From: the human T2T-CHM13v2.0 reference genome, Homo sapiens
Reading direction: 5' to 3' (one strand)
Assembly: GCF_009914755.1 (NCBI RefSeq)
Contig: NC_060925.1
DNA: 64,000 bases
Every line of letters begins with the position of its first letter. Position 1 is the stretch's first letter. Positions 49,209-62,124 of this stretch are shown here, one piece after another. The notes beneath the pieces are model-generated. The model saw only the letters and a list, made by a program, of their open reading frames with translations. It had not been told where the DNA came from and ran no database searches. The translations under genes and the position numbers were made by a program.

Positions 49209-49406
49209 TTTTTCTTTTTCTTTCTCTTATACTTCAAGTTCTGGGATACATATGCAGAACGTGCAGGTATGTTACATAGGTACAGACGTGCCATGGTGGT
49301 TTGCTTCACCTATCAACCCGTCATCTACATTAGGTATTTATCCTAATGCTATCCCTCCCCTAGAACATCACACACCGGGGCCTGTTGGGGGATGTGGGAC
49401 TAGGGG
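49209..49406 (-). mobile_element. ~200-bp L1PA7-like 3' end with 43-bp 5' inversion
   Basis: T-rich tail and antisense 3'UTR to 49363, then sense aacatcacacaccggggcc...ctagggg. 17-bp TSD AAAAATATGTATTATTA (49192-49208, 49407-49423). Confidence 0.9.
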
Positions 49407-49423
49407 AAAAATATGTATTATTA

Positions 49424-50360
49424 AGTCAAGTTGGTTGATAGTTTTGTTTAAGCCTTTTATATCCTCGCTGCTATCTTATTTACTTGTTTATTAACTACTG
49501 AGGAAGAAGTGTTGAAATCTACAACTATCATTGTGGATATATCTATTTATTCCTTTAGCTCTATAAATACAACCTGGTTTTGGGTGCATGCCATGTAAGA
49601 TTGCTATAATTTCCTTAAGATTTTACTCTATGTCATTATGAGATAGTTTTCCTTATCCTTGCTATTACTTTTCATCTTAAAGTCCATTTTGATACAAATA
49701 AAACCACTGCAGGTTTCTTAAGTTTGCATGGTCTTTTTTCAATTATTTTAATTTTAATTTATGAATTGCTTTGTATTTAGGCGACTACTTTTACACAACA
49801 TATAGTTGGCTGTTGCTTTTTCACCCAGTCTAATAATTTCTACCTTTTAATTTGAGGAATTTAAGCTATTTTTATTTAATGTAATTATCTCTATAATTGC
49901 TTTTAGGTTTATCATTTTGCTATTCATTTTCTATTAGTCCCGTCTTCTTGTTCTTTCTCTCTCTGTTACTGCCTTATTTTGGATTATCTTTAATGATTCC
50001 TTTTTATCTACACATTAGCTTATTAGCCCTACTCCCTCTTTTTCAATGATTGCTCAATGGTTTACAATATATATCTTTAATTTGCCACATTCTACCCTCA
50101 TATGTAGCACAAGAAACTTACAGTAGTCTATTTCCTTCTCCCATATTTTGTGCTACTGTTATCATATATTTTACTTCTACATGTGTGCAAGTCTCACAAG
50201 AAGCTATTTGTGCTTCTTTAAGCAGTTATCTTACAAAAAAATTAAAAATTAGAAAAATACATTTTTAATATTTGCTCATATATTTATTATTTCTGATACT
50301 TTTTATACCTTTATATAGATCCAAATTTCCATTGGGTATCATACTTCTACTCCCTAAATA
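49424..50360 (-). mobile_element. Old L1M remnant (ORF2 endonuclease / inter-ORF region)
   Basis: gaagtgttgaaatctacaactatcattgtggat (antisense IIVDFNT motif), collinear with 41060-42789. Confidence 0.7.
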
Positions 50361-50379
50361 ACTTCCTTTAATATATATG

Positions 50380-52848
50380 CATCTTTATATTAAAATGGAT
50401 TTCTAGTAAACAACACAAAGTAGGGTCTTTAAAATTGTTGATTCATTCTAACAATTTCTCTTTTAATTGGTATATTTAAACCATTGATATTTAAAGTAAT
50501 TATTGATATAGTTGGATTTATCTGCCATATTTATTGTTTTTTACTTGTTGCCTTTATGCTTTGTTCTTATTTTTTCTTCCACTCTTTTATTTCTGCCTTT
50601 TGTGGTATTAACTGAGCGTTTTATGGGATTCCATTTTCTCTCTTTTCGTAGCATATCAATTATACTTCTTCTCTTATTTTTTTTTAGTAGTTGCCCTAGA
50701 GTTTGTAATATACACTTACAACTAATTCAAGTCCATTTTCAAATAACTGTATCTCTTCATAGGTAATGCAAATAACTTGGAATAACAAAATAATACTAAT
50801 ATCTCAATCCTGTCCCTTGTATCATTGCTGTCGTTAATTTTAAACATTACTTAAGTGTATATAATATATATGCATGAATAATACATATGATATATAAGGA
50901 AACATAATTAAAAACTTTGTTGCTATTATTGGATCAGTTATCTGTTAAATTACTTAAAAATAAGAAAATAAAAGGTTTTTTTTACCCTTACTTACTCTTT
51001 TTCTTATGCTCTTCCTTTATGTAAAGCCAAGTTTTTGACTTGCATAATTGCCTTTCTCTCTGAAGAATTTCTTTTAACATTTCATGCAAGGCAGGTCTAC
51101 TGGAAACAAATTTCTTCAATTTTTATCTGAGAAAGTATTTCTTCTTTACTTCTGAAGGATAATTCCACAGGGTACAAAATTCTAGGTTGGTGGGTTTTTT
51201 TTTTTCTCTCAACGCTTTAAATATTTCACTTCATTCTCTTCTTCCTTGCATGATTTCTGAGAAGTCAGATGTAATTCTTACCTTTGTTTCTCTATAGGTA
51301 AGATTTTTTTTCTCTCTGGATCCTTTCAAAATCTTTTCTTTGATTTCCTTGAATATTAGAAATACCTTTGAATATTAGAAAATATTCAAACTGTAGTTTG
51401 ATATGCCTAAGTGCTGTTTTCTGGTATTTATCCTATTTGGTGTTCTCTGAGTTTCCTGGATCTGTGATTTGTCCAAATTTCACAGTCATTATGATTCACG
51501 GTCATTATGGCTTCAAATATTTCTCCTCTTCCTTTCTTTTTTCTCCTAGTAATATTCCTGTTATGCACATGTAACACTTTTTGTTGTCCCACAGTTTTTG
51601 TATATTCTGTTCCATTTTTTTCAGCCATTTTTTTCTCTTTGCCTTTCCATTTTGCAAGTTTCTATTGACATCCTCAATCTCAGATATTCTTTCCTCAGCA
51701 GTTTCCAGGCTACTAATGAGCCCATCAAAGGCATTCTTTATTTCTGCTAGAGTGTTTTTTATTCCTAGCATCTCTTTTCTTTGTTTTGCTTTTTTAGAAT
51801 TTTCATCTCTTTGCTTACATTGCTCATCTATTTTTGCATACTGTCTACTTTATCTTTTAGAGCCCTTAGTATCTTAATCAAAGTTGTTTTAAATTGTAGA
51901 TCTAATAATTCCAACATCCCAACCATATCTAAGTGTTATTCTGATGCTTGCTTTGTCTCTTCTGACCATGTTGTTGTTTTTTTGTTGGTTTGTTTTTGCT
52001 TTTTAGTATGCCTTGTAATTTTTTCTTGAGTACTGGGTAAAAGGAGCTGCTGGATATAGGTCTTTAGTAATGCAGTGTGTGATGTGAGGGAAGGGAAATG
52101 TGTTACAGTCCTATGATTAGGTCTCAGCCTTTTAGTGACCAAATGCCTCTGGACTGTGCAGTTCACAAGTATTTCTCTGTCTCCCCCACCCACATGCACA
52201 CACTTAGGTGTGACAGGATGGATAAAGTGGACTGGAATTGGGTATTTTCTTTCTCCACATTGAAAGATAGCAGAGGCTGGGGTTGAGCATTTTCTTTCCT
52301 CATGTCAGTGAGACTTTGAAAAAATCCAGTAGTTTAGGCACAGGTAAAATATTTTATCTGAAGGGCTGGCCTTGTTAAGAACAGAAAGCTCTGGCATGTT
52401 TTACATGGTTACCTTTCCTCTCCCTTTGTCAGAAGCATGAGGGGACTTTTCTCCATTATTGGCTGTAAGAACCTGGTTGAGCTCCTGGAGACAAAACTTA
52501 CAAAAGTGTGGGGACAACCTACACCCCGGGACAGGGCCCTCTGGCATTTGTAACTCCCAGACTAGTCCACACTGAGCTTCCAGCAATTCGTCAATTATAG
52601 TTATCGTTTTCCAACCCCTGCAGTGATTCCCACAGAGATTTCTGCTCATGGGTTTCTGCTCTGGTGTTTGGGATTCTCTGTGTTTGTCTGCCTTTCTTGT
52701 TTTGGGGGCAGCAATTTTCCCCACGACCTCACTTCTGTGACAAACCCAAGAAGAGTTGAAGATTTTTTAGTCTGTTCAGCTTTTAACCTGTGAGCATGTA
52801 GTGATCACTTACAAGCTCCTTACATGCCAGATTGAAAACTGGTCTCTC
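50380..52848 (-). mobile_element. L1MD(a)-like element: ORF1 remnant and 5'UTR
   Basis: ORF1 coiled-coil translation 51505-51771 (IKNAFDGLISSLETAEERISEIED). 5' end ggcatgtaaggagcttg...aaaagctgaacagact...tgacgaattgctggaagctcagtgtggac resembles recalled L1MDa 5'end. Confidence 0.8.
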
Positions 52849-53429
52849 CCATTTTATCATTTTTTTAAAAAAACTACCAAGGTCTATTGCTTTGGTGTTT
52901 GCTGTCACATTGTATTATGCCAGAGGCCATAATTCCAACCCATAGAGTCCCCTGGTTTGAGAGAATAAAGCCTGATCTTTACAGAGAAGCAGAGCCCAGA
53001 GTTAGAGAGAAAGGGTCCTCGGCTGGATATTCCTGTCCTCTTTAGCAGTTTGATAAGATGACCCTCTCCTTTTGATTTAACTACTTACAACCACTCATAT
53101 GGTCTCTATACTAAATGAGCTTGTTCTCTAAAATAAGTAACAAGGAAAAAATGTTAGAGATACACATGAATACAATAGAAAAATAGCTTATTTCTAACAT
53201 TCGTACATTGAATTTTCAAGTCTGTATACTTTCTTATTATAAAACAATGTTGCTCCTCTGGCTAACATTTTTTGTGATACTTCTTAACTTAAAAAATAAA
53301 TGGCATATAAGCAAGCCCTTTACAGTATAATTCCAGCCAAACTTCCCAACGTGTCTCCAACCATTCCCTTTTACATATTCTAAAATGATCCCCATCAGAC
53401 TATTTCATGTTTCTAAAACATGCCATAAA

Positions 53430-53902
53430 AGTTTTTAAGTTCCAGGATACATGTGCGGGATGTGCAGGTTTGTTACACAGGTAAACCGTGTGCCATAGTG
53501 GTTTGCTTCACCTATCAACCCATCACCTAGATATTAAGCCTAGCAATCATTAGCTATTTAATCTGATGCTTTCCCCGCTATGCACCCCTCCCTGCTGCTG
53601 ACAGGCCCTAGTGTGTGTTGTTACCCTCCCTGTAACCATGTGTTCTCATTGTTCAGCTCCCATTTATAAGTGAGAACATGTGGTATTTGGTTTTCTGTTC
53701 CTGTGCTAGTTTGCTGAGGATAATGGCCTCTTGCTCCATCCATGTTTCTGCAAAGGACATGATCTCATTCCTTTTTATGGCCACATAGTATTCCATGTGT
53801 ATATGAACCACATTTCCTTTATCCAGTCTATCATTGATGGGCATTTGGCTTGATTCCATGTCTTTGCTATTGTGAATAGTGCTGCAGTGAACATACACAT
53901 GC
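53430..53902 (-). mobile_element. 5'-truncated L1PA10/11-like 3' end
   Basis: Antisense 3'UTR and ORF2 end (METWMEQEAIILSKL-like). 13-bp TSD AACATGCCATAAA (53417-53429, 53903-53915). Confidence 0.9.
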
Positions 53903-54339
53903 AACATGCCATAAATGTTAATCATCAGTGTTAAAATAGAGTTACTCAAATGTAGACATGTAATATTTTCTAAACATTCACTGATATTAATAATTAAATG
54001 AAGAATAATTAAACTTTAAAAATTTATCAAGTTATTACTTGAAGAAAAGTCACTGTAAATTTTGATGAGCAAATAAAGAATTGTGGATATTCTGTAGAAA
54101 ATATCTAGGTATTTTCAAGGTCTGTAGTAATAAAGATTTTGTTTGTTGTTTTTGATGTTGTCTAAGCTCACATCAAAACTTAGTACTTTCGTTGTTCTTG
54201 CTATAAGTAAGTAATTTTAAATACCTATGAGTAATATATAACTATATTTCAAGGAGGCAAACTCATAGTGACTATCATTTCCCCAACTCCGACTCTACGT
54301 ACTTTGGATGCTCTGGATTTTTCCAGAAACCGTTGGAGT

Positions 54340-54580
54340 TAATATAGTTTAACATAGAGGCCTTAGAGTCAGAAACAGATTTAAACTGTGTAAATCCCAG
54401 CTCAATCACCTACTAGCTGTTTGATTTTGTACGATTTATGTGATTACAATAAACCTTTGTTTTATGATATGTAAATAATCATTGGACCTACCTAGGAGAA
54501 TTGTTGTGGAGAGTAAATGAAATAATACAAGTTACATGCCTGATATGCAGTATGTTTCAATAACTATGAGCAATTATTAT
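54340..54580 (+). mobile_element. MIR
   Basis: aatcccagctcaatcacctactagctgt...ctacctaggagaattgttgtggagagtaaatgaaataat. Confidence 0.7.
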
Positions 54581-56199
54581 AAGCATGGATGATGGCATCA
54601 GGCTCCTAATGGAGTGGGGCTGAAGCCTACGGCATGCTTTAGATGTCAAGGTTCTCTGTGTAACCAGTCTGGCCTTGAGCACTCATTATTAGTAAAGAGC
54701 AAGATAGGCCCATTTCTACTGCTAGATTTATCAGATTTTTAAAAATGCAATGCATTCTAATAGCACTGGAATGATCATGAGAGTAGAGCCATGGATGAAT
54801 GCATAAACCTGACTCAAAGTTAAGAAAAAATGTTATGGGGACCCTCTCTTTTACCTCTCCCACTCTCTCAGGAGAGCTGAGATACTGTCCTTTCAGAGGA
54901 TGCTAACCTGTTCATCTGTACAGCAAGAGAGATGAGCATGGGTCTGAGTAGGTGCTAAACCTCTGTAACACCCAGCTAGCTGGTCCACCTACCAGTCAAG
55001 CAAAAGTTCAGAATAAGAAGATTAAAACAATGTTATGAGAGGTAGTATTAGCAGAAAAGGAAGAGAAGCCACAGCAACTGCCATTCATGAAATTAAGACC
55101 CTGATGCTAGCAGCCTTCTATACAGAAGAAGCAAGCCTGATTCCAATACTTGTATATTGATTAGGAATTATTGTAAGGACATAATGAAGAAATACACCAA
55201 GTATTATAGATTATTCCAGCAAGGAACCCCTAAAAGATTAGTTGAAAAAGACTCAGTATTGGTTACTGCTAAGAAAGAGAAGATATGAAGAGATAGGTTT
55301 CCTTCATATCAATTTGTAGATACCTCACTCATAAGCCTTTGGCAAAGGTAACAGGTATTGCTCTCCTGAAAACTGCACATACACACACACATTATTTTGC
55401 TTGCCCTTTCAGCAGAGATATAAAACCCCAAAGACTCCCCCTCCACCAGTGGATCTGGGTTTGGATGCTGAACTTCTGCTCTTCCAGTACAGGAAATGAC
55501 TTAAACTTATTGATAGCCCTCTGAAAACTCACTGTTTCTCATCTCAATATGTTTTGCTTTTTTTTCCATCGCTACTCTCATTTATGCCTTAGAGATAAAT
55601 TTTGTACATTGTTCCCCTACTCCTAATAATAAACCAATGGAGAACACAAGAAAAACCTTTTTTTCTGTTTTACTGTGCGTGGTCTTCTAGTGATACATTA
55701 GCCAGCAGTAACAATAGCTCAGCACTCTCACAGTCGGGATTAGCTTTCATCTTAAAACTAATTACCATATTACAAAGGAATAGATGAATATAAGAACAAA
55801 GACAGTAGACATGCCGAGCACCATCACACCACACACAAGAATGGGGCTCAGAAGTTTGAACAGAGAGAATTGCTAAAGATAAAGCTTTAGATTTCACAAT
55901 AAAATGTGCACAAAATTTTTATTATGTTCATCAAGGTGAGAAGTTTAACACTAACTTGTAATGATAACTCATTAAAAATATGACTTGTCACTGATGATAT
56001 GCATTTGTTAAGAATACACTAATAATTAAACTATACCAAAGTAAAAATGTAACACTAATAACTAACATTGGTCATAGCATGACATGGCTAATCTTTCAAG
56101 AGTTAGGGTTTTTGCTTTGTGGTCTTTTTTTTAATGGGTTGACTGATTAGTCAAAGAGATGTACTTTCATACACTACTGATGGTGGAAGGCTACAGATC

Positions 56200-56380
56200 A
56201 GACATCAGACTATCCGGGAAGAATTTTAAAAATATAATTGCTTGTCACCAGCCCTTGTACTGCGCCCTCAACTCCCCATCTTTAATTAGAATTTTTGTCC
56301 GCAGGCCCAGGCAGCAATGTTTATTGACAGTTCCTCAGGCAATTCTAATGAGCAGTCAGAGTTGAGACCCTGTTGTAGAC
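56200..56380. mobile_element. MER5-like hAT MITE fragment
   Basis: ggcccaggcagcaatgtttattgacagttcctcaggcaattctaatgagcagtcagagttgaga. Confidence 0.5.
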
Positions 56381-57329
56381 CCTTCTGTATCAACTTTCAA
56401 TTTAAATGTAGCCATTTTGATGCTTTCTCTGACTTGAGCCAGTGATTTGCCTTTTAAGGAAACTGGTGAAAATAAATCTAACACCCCTTGTTTTCACAAT
56501 AATTTGAAGACAGAGTAATTATTCTGAGCCATCTTGCAAATATGTCCTGTTATAAAGGTTATTTTTAACAAATTTATATAGTTTAAAGCCCAGATAAAGA
56601 AATCAATCTATTTGCAGATAAACAATGTTTAATCTGTATGAGACAAGTCCCAAACCTTAACTGCAAATGGGCTAGATTTTGCATATGGCAGATAACTTGT
56701 AACTTAGTGAATATCCCAACAACTCTGTTGTCTTTCTTTAGCACAATACACTCTTATCTTCCCTGGTTTGGTTCTGTGTACCTATGCCCTAATAAAGTCT
56801 TACTATATGGCTTGTTTTCCTATCATTTTTATGACATGCATTCCCCTTTACATTAAATAAAAATTGTTCTTAGTCTTCATTAATTTCCTTTAAACTTTCC
56901 TGACAGAATTTCACCTGCCTCTCTTCTCAACTATGTCAATTGACATTGTCTTTTTCTTTACAGATTCTGTTTCAAAAACATCCTAGGAGTTAGAGTTAAG
57001 CATCTCTCTTAAGTACTTGATGTGTATTTAGTAGAATTAATGTACCCATTATCTTTGTTTTATTTGTGAAGGCCAAAGAAGTCTATGCTTTGGAAATGTT
57101 CAATGACTTACTCAAATGAAAAATAAAGGTTTCTGTTAGAAAGAAGCTATTTTCCTCCAGAGTAGCAGTTACTGAACTAACCATAGTTTATGGCCTATGA
57201 TTTATGACATTGATAATAGGAATAATTGAAGTATCTTCATCACCAATTAAGGAGGTGGAAAAAGCATCAGACTGTGAATAGGCTGGGAATTGATTGGATT
57301 TCAAATTCCAGTCAGTTGAAGGGAGAAGA

Positions 57330-57660
57330 TCTGGGCTCACATTATATCTTTTCTGCTTGCAGTAACTTTGATCAAGTTACTTAACCCTCTGTGATCCTGT
57401 TGAGGATAATAGCAATCTCATCTTACTGGGTTGCTGTGAAGAAAACTGAGATAATAACAGAGTAGGAACTCAGTGAATGTTTGAGGCTATTTTAAGGCAT
57501 ATAATTTTTTTTTGCAAACATGGAATAATAAAAAGCAAATAGCTTTGGAGTCCAGGAGACCTGAACAGCTGTGTAACTTCTGGCAAGTTACTTAACTTCT
57601 CTGTTTTCTCTGACTGCCATGAGGATTAAATAAAAGACTTATGTATGTAATTGACTATCT
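57330..57660 (+). mobile_element. Two MIR fragments
   Basis: Cores caagttacttaaccctctgtg (~57373) and ggcaagttacttaacttctctg (~57582). Confidence 0.6.
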
Positions 57661-58044
57661 TCCCTGGTATCATCAGTATGTGAGAATGAATGCAGTAAAA
57701 TTAAGAATACATTTTAGCAGCTCCTCCTCCTATCCCTTGCTTACAGCCTCCATACTTCTTGGGGCTGAGACAGCAATGCTTAGCAAGAGTGCCATCTGCT
57801 CCTCCACATCCACTTGCCAAGTCGCAGTTCGGCAGGGCCATGAGGCTTCTGATTATTGAGTTGTAAGTAGAAGCAATGTGTTTTTTATGACAACCTAACT
57901 TCTCTTGACTAATACATTCATCTCACTGCCTAAAGACTTTCTAGAAGTAATAGTGAATTTCTGTAAATGCCAATGAATATATCGTCAGTTAACGGGGGAA
58001 ATCCAGGAGATCCCACTGCTACTTCTGAAATATCTGCTACCTAA

Positions 58045-58058
58045 CCACCAGGGGGCTA
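58045..58058 (+). promoter_or_regulatory. Candidate CTCF site
   Basis: CCACCAGGGGGCTA matches the CTCF core CCASYAGRKGGC exactly over 12 bp. Motif match only. Confidence 0.5.
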
Positions 58059-58106
58059 TCATCACCTACTGGGCACATGCATTTTCACTGTCTCCCTCAA
58101 GATGCC

Positions 58107-58512
58107 TGATATGGTTTGGCTTTGTGTCTCCTGATATGGTTTGGCTTTGTGTCTCCACCCAAATCTCATGTTGAATTGTAATCCCCAGTGTTGATCTAGT
58201 GGGAGGTGATTAAATCATGGGGGCAGATTTCCCCCTTGCTGTTCTTGTGATAGTGGGTTCTCACAAGATCTAGTTGTTTGGCAGTGTGTGGCACTTCCCC
58301 CTTTGCTCTGTCTCTTTCTCTTGCTCCAGCCATGTAGGACTTGCCAGCTTCCCCTCTGCCTTCTGCCATGATTGTAAGTTTCCTGAGCTTCCCCCCACCC
58401 CAGCCATGCTTCCTGTACAGCCTGTGGAACCGTGAGCCAATTAAACCTCTTCCCTTTATAAATTACCCAGGCTCAGATAGTTCTCTGTAGCAATATGAGA
58501 GCGGATGAATAC
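58107..58512 (+). mobile_element. Solo MSTA MaLR LTR
   Basis: TGATATGGTTTGGCTTTGTGTCTCC...ccatgattgtaagtttcctgag...ctgtacagcctgtggaaccgtgagccaattaaacctc. TSD (a/g)tgcc. Confidence 0.9.
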
Positions 58513-59802
58513 GTGCCAAAACTATTTGTTGGGTTGTGATAAAAAGGGAGCATGCCTCTTTTCCCTTTTTTATGTTACACTGAATTCAAAGACTACCAAA
58601 GTAGTGTTGCTGTTGCCAATACCTTACTGAGTTTTAGTGGAAATGCCCTTTTATTGCTTGCTCTCTCTCCCTGACTGAGACAGGGCCCATGAGCAGGAGA
58701 CAATTCCAAGTGACCCAGTATTATTGAAGACTGAGTAGACTCAGAAGTTGCCCTCTCTTCTGATGACTAAGGCTTTCATATTGGGTTAGGCACATTGATG
58801 TCTTACTTTTTCTGCCCTTAAGGTGAGTTATTTTCCAGGAGGATCTCCTCAGCACCTTCATAAGAATGGATTTGCCCAAATCTGTTCAGACATGCCTGAA
58901 TTGCTTATGTGGATGCACTTAGCCTCAAACTGAGCTATACTCTCATGTGTGTGTACAGCACCTAGCGGAGCACTGGGAAACAGGTCCCACAACGAGTGGT
59001 GCTGCTGGTGGGAAAGGTAGTCACCGCAGCTTATATGGTAAGTTCTTTTTTCTTGTTTCTAAGATTTAAAAGAAGTTCCTTTCTCTCTTCTTCCAGACTT
59101 CTCTATTTTTCATCCTTTGATTCATTATTATCAGAGAGTTTGATTAGCTTTCAGTTTTATGCAGAGCAGCGCAGTCTTCCTGGCCACTGGGTTGGATTTA
59201 TTTTTATATCTAATGGGAATCAGGTCACAGAAGATGGTTTCAGAATGTCTCACATCCGGCCTCCCTCACTCACTAAAATGTTAAGCTTTGTTCTTTTAAA
59301 ATATTGATAAACACAATTGTTAATGAATTTTCCTTCAGTTTTCAACAGATCTGAATCTTTACACTTTTGGAATCTCATGAATCATGGGAAGTTCCCAAGG
59401 AAAATGGGAATTTTGGTGCTACGAAGTTTTTAAAAGGTTTTGATCTTTCTTTCAAGGTACTCTTCATGGGGAGTATGTGTGTCAAAATTTCACTTAGCTG
59501 ATGTATTGCTATTAAAAGTGAATTGTTTCATTTCCTTTAGACAATACTAAAGGGAACGCTTTCTGCCGCTTTTAAGCGATAAAAATCTAAACACAATAGG
59601 TCTTAGTATAATAAGCATTTGGGTGTTACTTTTTCCTGTTAAGAGAAAAAACAACCCCATTTATAAACTGTTATTAAATCAAATTATTAATTCCAGTGGG
59701 ACTTGAAACTCAGTAACAAAAATAATTGATATAATGTTACTTTTTCTGATTTTCCTGGGCTTCTTTACTAATTGGAAATTTTATTGCAAAATGAAAGCCT
59801 AA

Positions 59803-60168
<366 letters not shown>

Positions 60169-60197
60169 TAAATTTATATTTACGTCTCTCTTTCTAT

Positions 60198-60243
60198 ACA
60201 CACACACACACACATACACACACACACACACACATATATATAT
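60198..60243. repeat. Interrupted (CA)n(TA)n microsatellite
   Basis: Read directly. Confidence 0.9.
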
Positions 60244-60283
60244 GCTGAGGCCCAAAGAGTTTACATTATGTACCCAATGATAC

Positions 60284-60644
60284 TGCCTTAGTCCGTTCAT
60301 AGTACTATAAAAATACCACAGACAGAGCGACCTAAATGACAAACATTTATTTCTTACAATTCTGAAAGTTGGGGAGTCCAATATCAAGGCACCTGCAGAT
60401 TCAATATCTAAGGGTTTACTTCCTGATCCACAGACTACTGTCTTCTTGATGTGTCTTCACATGGCAAAAAGAGCAAGGGAGCTCCCTGAGGTCTCTTTTA
60501 TATGGGTAGTAATTCTATTCATGTGGCTCCATTCTCAGGACCTCATTACCTTCCAAAGGCCCCACCTTCCAATACCATCACCTTGTGGATTAGGATTTCA
60601 ACATATGAATTTGGGGAGGACACAAACATCCCATCTCTATGGCA
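60284..60644 (-). mobile_element. Solo MLT1A0-like LTR
   Basis: tgccttagtccgttc...caaaggccccaccttccaataccatcacc...tttcaacatatgaatttggggaggacacaaacat. Confidence 0.85.
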
Positions 60645-61008
60645 GGCACAAAGCTAGTTAATGAAAGATCTGATTACATGGTAGTTTCTATTTATTAGTA
60701 TAAAAATAGCTCCTTATAATAGGCTTTGATTTATGTCAAAAATATTTATATTTAGGCAAAATGTAAGCAAGAATTTTGCTAACATTGTGCACATACCATT
60801 GATATATACTAAGCTCAGTCTACTTTTTTCCTCATCATTTCGTTACAGCTACAAAAATCTCCTTCTGTTGCTAAATGTAAGTTAAGAAAGAAAGGGAAGT
60901 TCTATAAAATAAATTGTTGAAACCTATGTTTATAAGAGAAATGCTAGTAATCTCCCATCTCCCTAAAGAAAAAAATCTTAGTTTTAAATACTTCAGAAGG
61001 TCTCATGA

Positions 61009-61765
61009 TGAAATCTCCTTTGCAAAAATTATGACAATGAGAAAAATTTGACATAGGAAAATTATGACAGGGAAAGAAATCTGACCAAACTGACTCCACT
61101 GACTCCATCTTGCTTCTAATCTCCAAGCTGCCCTTCATCCCTGGCTGAAGGCCATGCTAACTATGGGAGGAATTTACTTTATTGTTTAACTTTGAGAAAA
61201 GGATAAGAGCCCCTTCCCAAAACAAACTTCTTCCTTGTTTGGGGACAAGACCACCTTTGTAAAACTAACAAATTAGTCATAAGATTAGAAATTATGGCTC
61301 AGGAGTGATGTAGCCAGAGGCCACAAGATTCCTAACCTCTCCAATTGCTCCTGTAAATAACATCACTATTGTAAAACCTAAGACTTGTGTTTGAGGTATT
61401 TTTCAGACCCTGCAATCAGATGGACCAGCTAGCACCATCCATACCAGTAAACTGGCTCATCTGGTCTTGTGGCCCCCACCCAGGAACAGACTCAGAACAA
61501 GAAGACAAGTTTTGACTCCCTATGATTTCTCCCCAACCCAACCAATCAGCATTCCCCATTCCCTAGCCTCTGTCCCCCAAACTATCCTTAAAAAATCCTA
61601 GCTTCCAAATTTTCATGGAGGCTGATTTGAGTAATAATAAACTCCTGTCCTTTCACTTGGCTGAGACTGCGATTATTAAATTTTTTCTCTATTGCAAAAA
61701 CCTGCTGTTCTCAGTGCACTGGTTTTTCTAGGAAGCAGGCAAGATTAACCCTTTGGGGGAGTAGA
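61009..61765 (+). mobile_element. Solo LTR8A/B-like ERV1 LTR
   Basis: TGAAATCTCCTTTGCAAAAATTATGAC...gactccatcttgcttctaa...ggcccccacccaggaac...gatttgagtaataataaactcc. Confidence 0.85.
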
Positions 61766-62124
61766 AGACTATAATTTTATGAACTTGGTGTTTCACACTA
61801 CCAAAATAGGTACATTGAAATTCCAACTTCATGTCAATACACTGCATGATTTTACAGCAACAAAAGCATCAGCCTCCTTACCAAATATGGATATTCAATT
61901 GAAATCTGAAATAATTAAAAAATGAAGGTGATGACCTTTAGTAATATAAAGAGAAGTTTACAATTACATTAACAAGTGTGATGACATTTATTTGAGGACA
62001 CTATTCTGCTGGGTCACAGAACTGTGAATCTTTTCTGTGAAATCCCTACCTTAATTGAATTAGGCATTTCCCTAGTACCCTATACATACTTTTATTATAG
62101 AATGCTTATTGGATATCTCTTGCA

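Noticed and set aside
58996-59307. 103-aa ORF
   Set aside because: GTG start, low-complexity F/S/L composition from a pyrimidine tract, and it runs across a probable splice donor.
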